Positions 32,569 to 43,226 of a stretch of 64,000 bases of DNA are shown here, in pieces. Numbering within the stretch: position 1 is the stretch's first letter; each line of letters opens with the position of its first letter. The notes beneath the pieces were generated by a model. That model worked only from the letters and a program-made list of their open reading frames with translations, was not told the DNA's origin and did not search any database. The translations under genes and the position numbers were made by a program. The DNA comes from an uncultured Bacillota bacterium (GTDB lineage Bacteria; Bacillota_I; Bacilli_A; RF39; UBA660): contig CABUNR010000002.1 in the NCBI GenBank assembly GCA_902492995.1, positions 22,561-86,560 of the forward strand, read 5' to 3'.

Positions 32569-32594
32569 TAAAGCTTGAAAAAGCTTTTTTTGTT
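32569..32594 (+). terminator. Rho-independent terminator (same hairpin core as 24734..24760)
   Basis: aaagcttgaaaaagcttt followed by a T-run. Confidence 0.7.
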
Positions 32595-32635
32595 ATAAAA
32601 CAAAATATTTTACATAGTATTATATAGGTGATAAT

Positions 32636-33718
32636 GTGAAAAAAATAATTATTTTAATTGTCGGTATAATACTAGTTATTCCAATAAATACAAAAGCAAT
32701 TAAAACAAGTGCAACAAGTTCTATTTTAATGGATGTAAATAGTAACAGAGTTTTATATAGTAATAATATTCATAATAGAAGGTCAGTTGCAAGTATATCA
32801 AAAATAATGACGGCAATTCTTGCAATAGAATCTGGAAAATTAGATAAAAAAGTTATAATTGATGATTCAATTGATAAGGCATACGGTTCTGGAATATATA
32901 TAAAAAAGGGTGAAGAATTAACATTAAGAGATTTAGTTTATGGTCTTATGTTAAGAAGTGGTAATGATGCAGCACTTGCAATTGCAAATTATGTTAGTAA
33001 AGATACAGAAGAATTTGTAAAATTAATGAATAAAAAAGCTATAGAATTAAAAATGATTAATACAGAATTTAATAATCCAAGTGGTTTAGATGAAGAAAAG
33101 GGAAATTATTCAACAGCATATGATATGGCTCTTTTAATGAGTTACGCATCCAAAAATAAAGAATTTCAAAAAATAACAAAAATAAAAAAATACACATTAA
33201 AAACCAATAAAAATACCTATATTTGGTATAACAAAAATAAATTATTAAATTTATATAAATATACAACTGGAGGAAAAACAGGATATACTAAAATAGCAAA
33301 AAGGACTTTAGTAACAACTGCAAGCAAAAATAATATGGATTTAGTTGTTGTAACTTTAAATGATGGAAATGATTGGAATGATCATAAAAATTTATTTGAA
33401 TATGGATTTAATAAATATAAAAGTTACAAAATATTAGATAAAAATAATTTTAAAGTAAAAAATGACACATATTATAAAGAAAATAAATTATATATCAAAA
33501 AAGATTATTGTTATGTAATTGAACCTGGTGAAGAACAAAACATTTTAATAAAAATAGAATTAAAGAAAAAAAGAAGTATCAAGAATAATATGAATGTTGG
33601 TAAAGCTATAATATATTTAGGGGATAAAAAAATACATGAAGAAAATATATATGTAAAATTAAAGGAAGAAAGAAAAGAAAAAAACTGGTTTAAAAAAATA
33701 ATAGGTAATTTATGGTAA
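32636..33718 (+). CDS. dacB: D-alanyl-D-alanine carboxypeptidase (S11 peptidase), sporulation-type
   Basis: Signal peptide; active-site motifs SISKIMT (SxxK), SGN and KTG; conserved dacB-spmA-spmB gene order. Confidence 0.8.
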   Translation: MKKIIILIVGIILVIPINTKAIKTSATSSILMDVNSNRVLYSNNIHNRRSVASISKIMTAILAIESGKLDKKVIIDDSIDKAYGSGIYIKKGEELTLRDLVYGLMLRSGNDAALAIANYVSKDTEEFVKLMNKKAIELKMINTEFNNPSGLDEEKGNYSTAYDMALLMSYASKNKEFQKITKIKKYTLKTNKNTYIWYNKNKLLNLYKYTTGGKTGYTKIAKRTLVTTASKNNMDLVVVTLNDGNDWNDHKNLFEYGFNKYKSYKILDKNNFKVKNDTYYKENKLYIKKDYCYVIEPGEEQNILIKIELKKKRSIKNNMNVGKAIIYLGDKKIHEENIYVKLKEERKEKNWFKKIIGNLW

Positions 33719-34293
33719 ATAAAATATGGGCATTTTTTATTATAGTTGGAATAATTACTTGTATAATAAATGGTGATATAGAACTATTAAATAAAGAAAT
33801 TTTAAACTCATCAACAGATGCCTTAGATATGATTATAAAAATTTTTCCTGTAATTGCGTTATGGCTTGGTATAATGAATATTGCAAAAGAATCAAAATTA
33901 CTAGATAAATTATCCCATCTAATGCAACCACTTTTAAGAAAAATATTTAATGAAATACCTGAAAATCATGAATCATTAGGATATATATCATCAAATATAA
34001 TAGCTAATATGGCAGGCCTTGGTAATGCCGCAACTCCATTTGGACTAAAAGCCATGAAGTCATTACAAACATTAAATAAAAATTCTAAAGTAGCAACAAA
34101 TAGTATGGTAACATTTTTAGTTATAAATACAAGTGGAGTTACTATAATACCAACAACTATAATATCACTTAGAATGATGCATAAAAGTGTTTCTCCAACC
34201 AGTATAGTATTACCATGTATTTTAGCAACCTTTTTATCTTTAATAGGCGGTATTATTGTAGATAGAATATTAAGAAGGTGTAAATATAAATAA
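33712..34293 (+). CDS. spmA: Spore maturation protein A (nucleoside-transporter/Gate domain membrane protein)
   Basis: 193-aa polytopic membrane protein overlapping the dacB end by 7 nt; family resemblance to SpmA. Confidence 0.7.
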   Translation: MVNKIWAFFIIVGIITCIINGDIELLNKEILNSSTDALDMIIKIFPVIALWLGIMNIAKESKLLDKLSHLMQPLLRKIFNEIPENHESLGYISSNIIANMAGLGNAATPFGLKAMKSLQTLNKNSKVATNSMVTFLVINTSGVTIIPTTIISLRMMHKSVSPTSIVLPCILATFLSLIGGIIVDRILRRCKYK

Positions 34294-34417
34294 TATATCA
34301 AATTATATCTTACCAATTATAGTACTCATAGTAATTATTCATGGTACTTTAAAAAAAATAAATATTTATGATACATTTATAGATGGAGCAAAAGAAAGCT
34401 TTGATTTAATTTTTTCA

Positions 34418-34804
34418 ATGTTTCCTTGTATGCTTGCAATGATATTTTCTCTTAATATATTTATAAAAAGTGGAATTTTAAATAATCTGTTTGATTTATT
34501 AAAACCTATTTTATCATTAATAAATGTACCAAAAGAAACATTCCCTATGATGATATTAAGACCAATTTCTGGAAGTACTTCCCTAGCTTACTTAAATGAT
34601 ATTATGAAAAACTATGGCCCTGATTCAAAAGCAGGAATTTTAGGAAGTGTTATACAAGGATCGACAGATACAACCTTTTATGTAATAACATTGTATTTTG
34701 GAAGTATAGGTATAACAAAAATAAAACATGCCCTTTGGGCAGGATTGATAGCTGATTTAATAGGTATAGTATCGGCTATTATAATTGTTAATATAATGTT
34801 TTAA
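34418..34804 (+). CDS. spmB: Spore maturation protein B; true start probably about 80-100 nt upstream at a non-ATG codon
   Basis: The in-frame sequence upstream of the first ATG encodes LPIIVLIVIIHGTLKKINIYDTFIDGAKESFDLIF, which matches the conserved SpmB N-terminus (KKVxVYEAFVEGAKEGF). The ORF as called is N-terminally truncated. Confidence 0.65.
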   Translation: MFPCMLAMIFSLNIFIKSGILNNLFDLLKPILSLINVPKETFPMMILRPISGSTSLAYLNDIMKNYGPDSKAGILGSVIQGSTDTTFYVITLYFGSIGITKIKHALWAGLIADLIGIVSAIIIVNIMF

Positions 34805-34902
34805 AAAATATATAAATAAAATATATTTTTTTTATACGAACTAATTTATCAGGTTGAAATAATTAAATAATTATATTATAATTAACTAGCCAAGGTGATA
34901 AT

Positions 34903-36096
34903 ATGAAGTTTGATTTAAGAAGTTTTTTTATCTCAATAAGTATATTATTTTTAAGCTTTATGATTGGTTTATATGGTGCTAGATTTATATATTATTATAA
35001 AAGTGAAAACAAACAAGAAAGTACAAATTATAATATATATGAGTATTATATAGAAAAAGAAAGTATAGCTAAAAATAATTTAATAGAAGAAAATAAAAAT
35101 TATTATTTTTATAAAAATAATCAAAATAATTATTTATACTATAGTGGACTTTTATATAGAATACTATATATAAATGAAAACTTTCTTTATGTAATAACAG
35201 ATGAAAGTATTACTAATTTAAAATATGGAGAAAATGAGTCTTATAATACTTCAAATGTAAAAAAATGGTTAGGAGAAGTATACTTAAAAAATATAAATGA
35301 TAAATACTTAAAAAATAAAGAAGTAAGTTTATTAGATATTGAAACATTTAATAAAATAGGAAAAGAAAAAAGTAATATTTTAAATAATGATTTTTGGGCG
35401 TTAAAAGATAATAAAGCATTAGTAATAACAGAGGATGGAAAAATAACAAAAACAAATAACTATAGTGATTTTTTATCAGTTAGACCAGTTATAAAGTTAG
35501 ATTCTAATAGTATTATAGTTAGTGGAACAGGTACAAAAACAAACCCAATTATAATAGAAAAAAGAACCAAAAAAACATTAAATGATTTATATGTTGGTGA
35601 ATATATAAACTATAAGAATAATAAATATAGGATAATAGAAAAAAATAATGATTATGTAAAGGTATTAAGTTTAAATAAATTAAAAGAGCAAAAAATATTT
35701 TCAAATTATACAAATGACTATAATTTAAAATATAAAAATAATTTAGCAACTTACTTAAATAAAACGTATATAAAAAACTTTAATGAAAAAGATTTAGTAA
35801 AAATAAATTATTATATAGGTGAATATAATTTAGATTATGAAGAAACATTAAAAGAAAAAGTAAATACATATATTGGTTTATTAAAAATAGGAGATTATTT
35901 TATAAATAATATCAAAAATAGTTATACGCTAACTAAAAATAAAAATGGTATTTATATGATAAATGAAAAAGGATTACTTTATATAGAAGATATAGATAAA
36001 AAATTAGATGTATATCCAGTACTTGCTTTTAATAAAAATAAAAATATTATAAGTGGTAATGGATTAATAAATAATCCTTATGTAGTAGGTGAATAA
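34903..36096 (+). CDS. Membrane-anchored exported protein of unknown function (paralog of 8441..9544)
   Basis: N-terminal TM then a 360-aa extracytoplasmic region with internal VSGTGTKTNPIIIEK and terminal IISGNGLINNPYVVGE motifs. Confidence 0.5.
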   Translation: MKFDLRSFFISISILFLSFMIGLYGARFIYYYKSENKQESTNYNIYEYYIEKESIAKNNLIEENKNYYFYKNNQNNYLYYSGLLYRILYINENFLYVITDESITNLKYGENESYNTSNVKKWLGEVYLKNINDKYLKNKEVSLLDIETFNKIGKEKSNILNNDFWALKDNKALVITEDGKITKTNNYSDFLSVRPVIKLDSNSIIVSGTGTKTNPIIIEKRTKKTLNDLYVGEYINYKNNKYRIIEKNNDYVKVLSLNKLKEQKIFSNYTNDYNLKYKNNLATYLNKTYIKNFNEKDLVKINYYIGEYNLDYEETLKEKVNTYIGLLKIGDYFINNIKNSYTLTKNKNGIYMINEKGLLYIEDIDKKLDVYPVLAFNKNKNIISGNGLINNPYVVGE

Positions 36097-37122
36097 ATGA
36101 AAAGACGAAGAATAAAAAAATGGATAATAATATTGTTTATAATTCTTGATATTGGAGCTATTTCATGTCTATTACTAGCATATGGCCCAAATAAGAAATT
36201 TAAAAACTTTTTAATAACAACAGCCATGTCTACAATGAATCACAAATATTTAGCGCGTACTATATATACAGAAAAAACAATAAATAACGTACTAAAAGAA
36301 AATAAATTGGAAGAAATAGATGAAGAAATAGATGTAGATGCAATAGAAATAGGAACATATAAAACAAAAAATTATGAATCAAAAGAAGAAGAGCAAATAT
36401 TAAAAAAAGATAAAAATAATGAATTATATAAAATAATAAAAGAAGAAAAAAAAGATAAAACATATTATATTGCTGTTATATATGATCCATCAAGAATAAG
36501 CCTTGAAGAGGCAGAAAATAAAGGAGTAGTTGGACAAACTATAAAAGAGATAGCTAACTCAAATAATGCATATCTAGCTATAAATGCAAGTGGATTTGTA
36601 GATACTGGTGGAAATGGAAATGGTGCATCTGCAACAGGAGTTGTAATAAAAGATTCAAAAGTAGTATGGAATGGTAAACCAAATAGATGGGGTGGAGGCC
36701 TAATTGGCTTTAATAAAGATCATAAATTAGTTTTAACAAAAGAAAGCGCTAGTAAAGCAATAGAAAAAGGATTAGTAGATGCTGTTACCTTTGGTCCATT
36801 TTTAATGATAAATGGTGAAGAAGCAAAAGTGTTTGGAAATGGAGGATCTGGTGTTCATCCAAGAACTATAATTGCTCAAAGACAAGATGGAATAGTTTTA
36901 TTTATAGTAATAGATGGAAATGGTAATAAAACAGGATATCGTGGTGGTGCAGATTATAAAGAAATGATCGAACTTTTAAAAAAATACAAAGCATATAATG
37001 CGGCAAATTTAGATGGAGGAGCATCTAGTATACTAATAGAAAAAAATAAAATTGTTAATAATCCAGTTGGTTATGGAGCAACAGGAGAAAGAAGGCATCC
37101 TAATGCATGGGTATTAAAATGA
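36097..37122 (+). CDS. Phosphodiester-glycosidase family (DUF2233/NAGPA-like) exported protein
   Basis: N-terminal TM; AINASGFVDTGGNG ... PRTIIAQRQDGIVLFIVIDG ... NLDGGASS are characteristic of the phosphodiester glycosidase fold. Confidence 0.5.
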   Translation: MKRRRIKKWIIILFIILDIGAISCLLLAYGPNKKFKNFLITTAMSTMNHKYLARTIYTEKTINNVLKENKLEEIDEEIDVDAIEIGTYKTKNYESKEEEQILKKDKNNELYKIIKEEKKDKTYYIAVIYDPSRISLEEAENKGVVGQTIKEIANSNNAYLAINASGFVDTGGNGNGASATGVVIKDSKVVWNGKPNRWGGGLIGFNKDHKLVLTKESASKAIEKGLVDAVTFGPFLMINGEEAKVFGNGGSGVHPRTIIAQRQDGIVLFIVIDGNGNKTGYRGGADYKEMIELLKKYKAYNAANLDGGASSILIEKNKIVNNPVGYGATGERRHPNAWVLK

Positions 37123-37194
37123 TAAAAATAAAAGAAAAATCTTTTATTTTTTTTAAAATTATTATATACTAGAATAAAATAGGAGGGGATTAAA

Positions 37195-38787
37195 GTGGTA
37201 CTTAGAAAACCATATAAATTTCTTATAAAGCATTTTAGAATGATACATTTAATTCTTGCAATATTAAGTGGTTATTTACTTACTAAAACAAATAGAACAC
37301 TAAGTTTTTTTAATGATTATTTAAATAATAATGAAACATTAATAGGAAATGGTACAGCTAGTGAATATTTTAGCGGTTTAATGACTTTATTTATAGTAAT
37401 AATTTTAATTGGTATAATTATAATTACGGTTATTATGAAAATGAAAGATAAACCTATAACTTTCTATATTATAACTTTAGTTGCATATATTTTTATTGGA
37501 GTAATATATGCATATGATAGTTCATTAATAAAACAACTTGAATTAAAAGTACTTGATATAAGAACAATTAAATTAGCTAGTGATTTAACACTGATTTGTT
37601 TTTTGGTTCAAACGTTTTCAACTATTATTTTATCTGTAAGAGCAGTAGGATTTGATTTAAAGAAATTTAATTTTGATAAAGATTTTGAATTAGAAATAGA
37701 TGAAAAAGATAATGAAGAATTTGAATTTGATGTTTCTATAGATAAAAATAAAATAAAAAGAAATACAAAAAAAAGTATAAGAAATTTAAAATATGCTTAT
37801 CATGAAAATAAATTTATTGTTAATATAGCTATAGTAGTTTTTATAGTTTTAATAGGTGGTATTATTTATTTGAATAAAGAAGTATATAATAAAATTTATA
37901 AAAAAGGTGAAATAGTTACTACAACACAATTTTCATATTTATTAAAAGATAGTTTTTTAGTAAATACTGATTATAGAAATAATAAGATAACAGATAATTA
38001 TATTGTTGTTGTAAGATTAAAAATCAAAAATAACTTAAAAGATACTATTAACTTAGAAACTGCAAGAGTTTTACTTCATATTGGTAAAGTTACATATAAT
38101 CCAACAACAAAATATAAAGATAATTTAATTGATTTAGGAACAGATATATCAAATAAAAAGTTAAAAAAAGATTTTGAAGAATATATAATAGCATTTGAAA
38201 TACCAAAAAAAGATATTAATAAAAAAATGACAATCAGTTATACAGATTTATCAAATAAAGTTTATACAACTAAACTAGATAATATTAAATTTGAAAATGG
38301 AACAAATGTGTCATCAAAACTAAATGAATATATAACTTTAAATAATGATATAATTAAAAATGTCAAATTTGAAATAACAGATTATAAAATAGATGACAAA
38401 GTAAAATCTACATACACATTTTGTGAAACAAAAGATAATTGTTATGAGTCATATGAGTATATTGTTCCAAGTTTAACAGATAATTATGAAAAAGCAATAT
38501 TAAGACTAGATGGTGATATAGATTTTAATAAACAAACTATTAAAAACTTTAATGATTTATCCGATTTTATAGAAAACTATGGTAGTATAACATATAAAAT
38601 AACAGATTCAAAAACAAAAAAACAAGAAGTTAAACAAATGAATACCAAGATAAAAGAAGTACTACCACAAAAAAGTGATGAATTAGGTACATATTATTTT
38701 GAAGTCTATAAAGAGATTAAAAATGCTGATGAAATAACTCTAGTTTTAAATATTAGAGGAAACATATATGAATACAAATTAAAATGA
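37195..38787 (+). CDS. Polytopic membrane protein with a large C-terminal extracytoplasmic domain, function unknown
   Basis: GTG start with RBS ggaggg; 4-5 TM helices in the first 220 aa, then a 300-aa K/N-rich soluble domain; monocistronic (own terminator). Confidence 0.4.
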   Translation: MVLRKPYKFLIKHFRMIHLILAILSGYLLTKTNRTLSFFNDYLNNNETLIGNGTASEYFSGLMTLFIVIILIGIIIITVIMKMKDKPITFYIITLVAYIFIGVIYAYDSSLIKQLELKVLDIRTIKLASDLTLICFLVQTFSTIILSVRAVGFDLKKFNFDKDFELEIDEKDNEEFEFDVSIDKNKIKRNTKKSIRNLKYAYHENKFIVNIAIVVFIVLIGGIIYLNKEVYNKIYKKGEIVTTTQFSYLLKDSFLVNTDYRNNKITDNYIVVVRLKIKNNLKDTINLETARVLLHIGKVTYNPTTKYKDNLIDLGTDISNKKLKKDFEEYIIAFEIPKKDINKKMTISYTDLSNKVYTTKLDNIKFENGTNVSSKLNEYITLNNDIIKNVKFEITDYKIDDKVKSTYTFCETKDNCYESYEYIVPSLTDNYEKAILRLDGDIDFNKQTIKNFNDLSDFIENYGSITYKITDSKTKKQEVKQMNTKIKEVLPQKSDELGTYYFEVYKEIKNADEITLVLNIRGNIYEYKLK

Positions 38788-38810
38788 CAAAAATTTGTCG
38801 TTTTTTTGTT
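38785..38810 (+). terminator. Rho-independent terminator
   Basis: gacaaa-aa-tttgtc followed by a T-run of 7. Confidence 0.6.
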
Positions 38811-38873
38811 TTAATTTGATTATTAGTAATTTTTTATGATATACTTTATGTAGCGATATTAGGAGGAATTAGT

Positions 38874-41800
38874 ATGAAAAAAATGAAATCAATAATATTA
38901 ATATTACTAATTTCTTTTATTTTTATAGATAAAGAGAAAGCCTTTTATACTGCACAAGCAGGTACATCATGGAATAATGGTGGAGCAGGGTGCTCTGGAT
39001 ATAACTGTTATTCAAATATCAATAATGAAAAATTAATATTACAAGCAAGATTATATTACATAGATAATGCATCATTCACCCAAGTTGGAGAGACTTATTA
39101 TTTTGCTAATAGTGCTGCAAGTAATTATTTAAAAGAAAATAGAATAAATAATATATATATTTCTTCATTTGACAGTTCTTCAGATTATGAGAAAGCATAT
39201 AATAATTTAAAAAATTACTTTAATAATAGCGAAAATGCAAAAAATTATTTAAAAAAAGTAACTGGTACTCAAAATTATGAAGAAGTATTAACTAAAATTA
39301 GTGATAATAATAAAGGTTATAGAATTATGGTTGAACCAGCTCAGATCTATGGTAATCCAAGTTTTATGAATGGAAATATTGCACTTATGACACCAAAAGG
39401 ACTTGCAGCAGAACAAATAAAAACTGGAACAAATTGTAGTGAATGTAATAAAAAAGCTCAACAATTATATATGAGTACAAGTGAACTAGGAATAAGAGTA
39501 AATAATGACAAAAAACAAAATCCTAAGGATTACTGTGCATATATAGATACAGCTAAAATAGCAGATATAAAAATAGGATGTGGATATAACTTAATAAATA
39601 TAAGTAAATATATAAATGTCAAATGCTATAAAACGAGCGTTAATGGAACAGATGTAAAATGCACAAATTATGATGAAAATAATGGCGGAACATATGAAGA
39701 AGTGTATACTGAAAATTCCAGTTGTACAAATCAAGCAGATGCAGATAGATATAAATCATATGGAAAAAAATATAGTGAAAATGGAACATGCAAAATATAT
39801 TGTAAAGAAACAGGAAGTATAAGTTTACCAGGAAATGTATTAGCACCAGTAAAAAGAGGTTCTTATTTTGCGTGGCCAACAAAAAATTCAGATAAAGCAG
39901 GGCTTTATAAATTAACAATGACAACAAATTTAAAATGTAAAATAGTAGATACAGGAGGATCTACAACTCAAACAGCATCAGCATTTACAAGACAATGCCA
40001 AAGCAAATATACATCATATAATGATGATTGTAGGGCAACTGCAGTAACATCTAAAGTATGTCCAGAAGGAACTAAGCTTTGGAATGATGGAAAATGCTAT
40101 GTTATGAAAAATTCTAGTAATAGAACGCCAAGAACTAAAGAAGATCAATATGCTAATAAAATTTGTGATAGTACTAAAGGTTATGTGGAATATAGTGGTG
40201 GCTGTAGAAAAATAACATCATATAGCTATTCGTGCGGTAGGAATCAAACATTTCAAGGAAGGTATACTGGTACAATACCTGAGGGAGAACAAGTTTGCTG
40301 TCCAAGTGGATATGAACTAAATATTTATGAAACAACAAGGGCACACGCATGTAGAAAAAAGGCAAGTGTTGTTACAGGACATTCGTGCCCAGCAGGTGGA
40401 AATCTAAGCCCCGATAAGTCATATTGCGAAAAAAGTAAAACCTATTATTGCCCAAATGGTGGTACTTTAAATGGTACAACTTGTGTAAAAACTAATCAAA
40501 ATCAAAAAATTAAAGGTTGGACTTGTAAAATAGCACTTAGAAAATATAAATGTACTCAAGCAGCAAAATATGGATGTGAAAGTGGATGGGATTCAGTTGG
40601 TTCGTCATGCAGAAGAGAATCAACAACAGATACAAAACTTGATTGGGTTTATTCTCCACCAACTACAGCAAAAGCGACACCAAATTATGCGTATAGTGGT
40701 AAAACAGCATGTCCAACTGGATATTATGATAATGGCTCAAATTGTAAAAAAACAATTGATATAGCTCCTACATGTGATGGAAATGGAACACTTGATTGGG
40801 TAGGTGGAAAAAAAGTATGTGCAACATGCCCATCAGGTTATACATATATTGGTAATGGAATATGTAGAGAAAATAATTCTAAATCAGAAGTATGTCCATG
40901 GGATGATAAAAAAGAATATGTTTTAATAAATGGTGAATGCCATCATAGAACATCACAAACAAATTATACTTATTCTTGTAAAAATGATGAATATACAATA
41001 AGTTCTAATGAAAGAAGTTGTACTAAAAATTGTAATATAACTCCATTAAAAAATAGTGTTAATGAAATTTTAAAAAAAGAAGAAACCGGTATTACATTAA
41101 CTGGTGGAACAAATCAAAAAATAACAAATGAAACTTTAGATTCTGAGATTATTGATAAAAACTATAATGAAAATGATTTAACTTATAATAAAAAAACTTC
41201 ATTTTATATAAAAAGCAATAGAAACAGATATTATAATAAATTAACAGAACAAGTATTAAGTGAAAAAGTGAATTCAATTAATATTTTTGATAGACAACAA
41301 GGCGTTATATCAACATGGAAAAAAGATATAATAACAGAAAATAATTTAATAAAACATTATAATTTAGAATTAAAAATAACTAATTTTGGACTAAATAACC
41401 AATTTGGCTCTAAAATAACAAATTATGTATGTCATTATACATTAACAGATACACCAGATTGTATTTGTCCAGAGGATACATTAAATGGTGGCGCAGATGT
41501 TAAATATTTAGTAGAAAATGTATATAAAGATAAAATTACAAGAGAAAAAACATGCGCCTATTGGAAAGAAAAAATATGTGATAAACCAATAGGAAGAGTA
41601 TATTGTAAAGATACAACAAAAGATATAACTGATTGTGTGAAAGAACAAAACAAAACAGTTAATTTAGAAGATGCAATAAAAATATGTAAAATAGAGAATG
41701 GATGTGTAGATAATACATGCAAAGGTTCATGTACTGAACAACAGAAAAAATTAGATAATATTGCTTATAAAGTAACAAAATGTGATGGAAAATATTGTAA

Positions 41801-42416
41801 TTATTATGCGTACTGTGATGTAGAAAATAGAAAAACATCAGAAAGCTCAGAAGATTGTGTAAAAAAGGCTTTAGGAGTGGATGATATCATAGAAGCATTA
41901 AATAATGGAACATCAATAGACAAATTAGAAGCAGCAATAAGAAGCTGTAAAAATAAAATTTGTGCTTCAGATGAAAGAATTGTGTTTAGAATAATAGATT
42001 TAAAAAATCCATTTCCAGGAAAAGAACATAATAATACATTAAGTGGCTTTTCAAAAGAAGGAAAAAGTAGAACGCCAGGATATAATTGGAATTCAAAATT
42101 ACTAGTAAATAATAAAATAATAAATAATAGAGGAGTAAGCGATTATAAGCTTTATAGTAAAGAACCACTATATAAAATAACATTAACTCCAAGTAATATA
42201 AAGGCAATAAGAAATTATAATAAAAACAATAAATATGATAATCAAGGATTAAAATGTAGTAATAACAATACATCAAATTGTATAAGTTATTTCTTACATG
42301 ATAAAGTAGCAGGATTAGATACAGATATAAAAATAGAAGGTGTATCATCTTGCAAAAGTTTAAATGCATCATCAACAAAAGAGGATTTTGATGCATGTTA
42401 TAATTCAAATAATTAA
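38874..42416 (+). CDS. Giant cysteine-rich secreted protein 1 (1180 aa), paralog of 43879..46794
   Basis: Signal peptide; about 90 Cys in EGF-like spacing. Shares with the paralog a conserved N-terminal domain (LRLYY.D...GGTYY, KGYRI..EPA, GCGYN), an internal LTGGTN.KI...YVCHY..TD..C.CPE.T module and a C-terminal 150-aa domain (NDPFPGKEH...TPGYNWNSK...CY.SNN). Confidence 0.7.
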   Translation: MKKMKSIILILLISFIFIDKEKAFYTAQAGTSWNNGGAGCSGYNCYSNINNEKLILQARLYYIDNASFTQVGETYYFANSAASNYLKENRINNIYISSFDSSSDYEKAYNNLKNYFNNSENAKNYLKKVTGTQNYEEVLTKISDNNKGYRIMVEPAQIYGNPSFMNGNIALMTPKGLAAEQIKTGTNCSECNKKAQQLYMSTSELGIRVNNDKKQNPKDYCAYIDTAKIADIKIGCGYNLINISKYINVKCYKTSVNGTDVKCTNYDENNGGTYEEVYTENSSCTNQADADRYKSYGKKYSENGTCKIYCKETGSISLPGNVLAPVKRGSYFAWPTKNSDKAGLYKLTMTTNLKCKIVDTGGSTTQTASAFTRQCQSKYTSYNDDCRATAVTSKVCPEGTKLWNDGKCYVMKNSSNRTPRTKEDQYANKICDSTKGYVEYSGGCRKITSYSYSCGRNQTFQGRYTGTIPEGEQVCCPSGYELNIYETTRAHACRKKASVVTGHSCPAGGNLSPDKSYCEKSKTYYCPNGGTLNGTTCVKTNQNQKIKGWTCKIALRKYKCTQAAKYGCESGWDSVGSSCRRESTTDTKLDWVYSPPTTAKATPNYAYSGKTACPTGYYDNGSNCKKTIDIAPTCDGNGTLDWVGGKKVCATCPSGYTYIGNGICRENNSKSEVCPWDDKKEYVLINGECHHRTSQTNYTYSCKNDEYTISSNERSCTKNCNITPLKNSVNEILKKEETGITLTGGTNQKITNETLDSEIIDKNYNENDLTYNKKTSFYIKSNRNRYYNKLTEQVLSEKVNSINIFDRQQGVISTWKKDIITENNLIKHYNLELKITNFGLNNQFGSKITNYVCHYTLTDTPDCICPEDTLNGGADVKYLVENVYKDKITREKTCAYWKEKICDKPIGRVYCKDTTKDITDCVKEQNKTVNLEDAIKICKIENGCVDNTCKGSCTEQQKKLDNIAYKVTKCDGKYCNYYAYCDVENRKTSESSEDCVKKALGVDDIIEALNNGTSIDKLEAAIRSCKNKICASDERIVFRIIDLKNPFPGKEHNNTLSGFSKEGKSRTPGYNWNSKLLVNNKIINNRGVSDYKLYSKEPLYKITLTPSNIKAIRNYNKNNKYDNQGLKCSNNNTSNCISYFLHDKVAGLDTDIKIEGVSSCKSLNASSTKEDFDACYNSNN

Positions 42417-42501
42417 GTGTAAACATCTAGTTTATACTTTTTTATTGATTTACAAGCTAATTTATCCATGATATAATTTACTAAGAATAAAGGGTGATAT
42501 A

Positions 42502-43137
42502 ATGAAAAAGATAATCTTTTTAGTAACTCTGTTTTTAATTTCACTAGAAAGTGTACAAGCGTCATGTAGTGATGATGAAATAACTAGATTATCAAAACTT
42601 GCAAATAATGTAACAGCAAGTTATACATATAATGAAAAAACAAATAAATTTATGATCACATTTACAAATGTTACAGATGATTTATCAATAAATGATCTTA
42701 CTCATAATAAGTACTATAGTAATTACCCAGAAGTAACAATAAAAAATTTTAGTTCTGGTAAGCATAAATTTTATATTTATGCTAGTGATAAAAATTGCTA
42801 TGAAAGTGCATTATCATCAAAATATATAGAATTACCTTACTATAATAAATATTATGCATATAATGAATGCAAAAATTTTGAAGAGTATTCTTATTGTAAT
42901 AAATGGCTAAATTCTAATCTTTCATATGATATATGGAAACAAAAAGTAGATGAATATAATAAAGAAGTAAAAAAAGTAGAAGAAAAAGAAGTAAAAAATA
43001 CAAAAAGTATTTTATATATATTAAAAGACATAATTATTCAATTTTATGTAAGTTATTATTATATAATTTTGCCAACAATAATATCATCTTTATGCCTAAT
43101 AATATATCTTAAGAATAAAAGTGAAGAAATTATTTAA
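42502..43137 (+). CDS. Small secreted Cys-containing protein with C-terminal TM anchor (paralog of 43227..43865)
   Basis: Signal peptide ending VQAS-C, six conserved Cys, C-terminal hydrophobic helix plus KNKSEE tail; about 40 percent identical to the neighbouring ORF by eye. Confidence 0.6.
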   Translation: MKKIIFLVTLFLISLESVQASCSDDEITRLSKLANNVTASYTYNEKTNKFMITFTNVTDDLSINDLTHNKYYSNYPEVTIKNFSSGKHKFYIYASDKNCYESALSSKYIELPYYNKYYAYNECKNFEEYSYCNKWLNSNLSYDIWKQKVDEYNKEVKKVEEKEVKNTKSILYILKDIIIQFYVSYYYIILPTIISSLCLIIYLKNKSEEII

Positions 43138-43168
43138 AAGTATAAAATTATTTATACTTTTTTTATTT
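43137..43168 (+). terminator. Rho-independent terminator
   Basis: aaagtataaa-attatt-tatacttt followed by a T-run. Confidence 0.6.
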
Positions 43169-43226
43169 GCAATTAAAAAAAAGTATGCTATAATTGATAA
43201 TGAGAATAAAAGACTAAGGAGGATAT

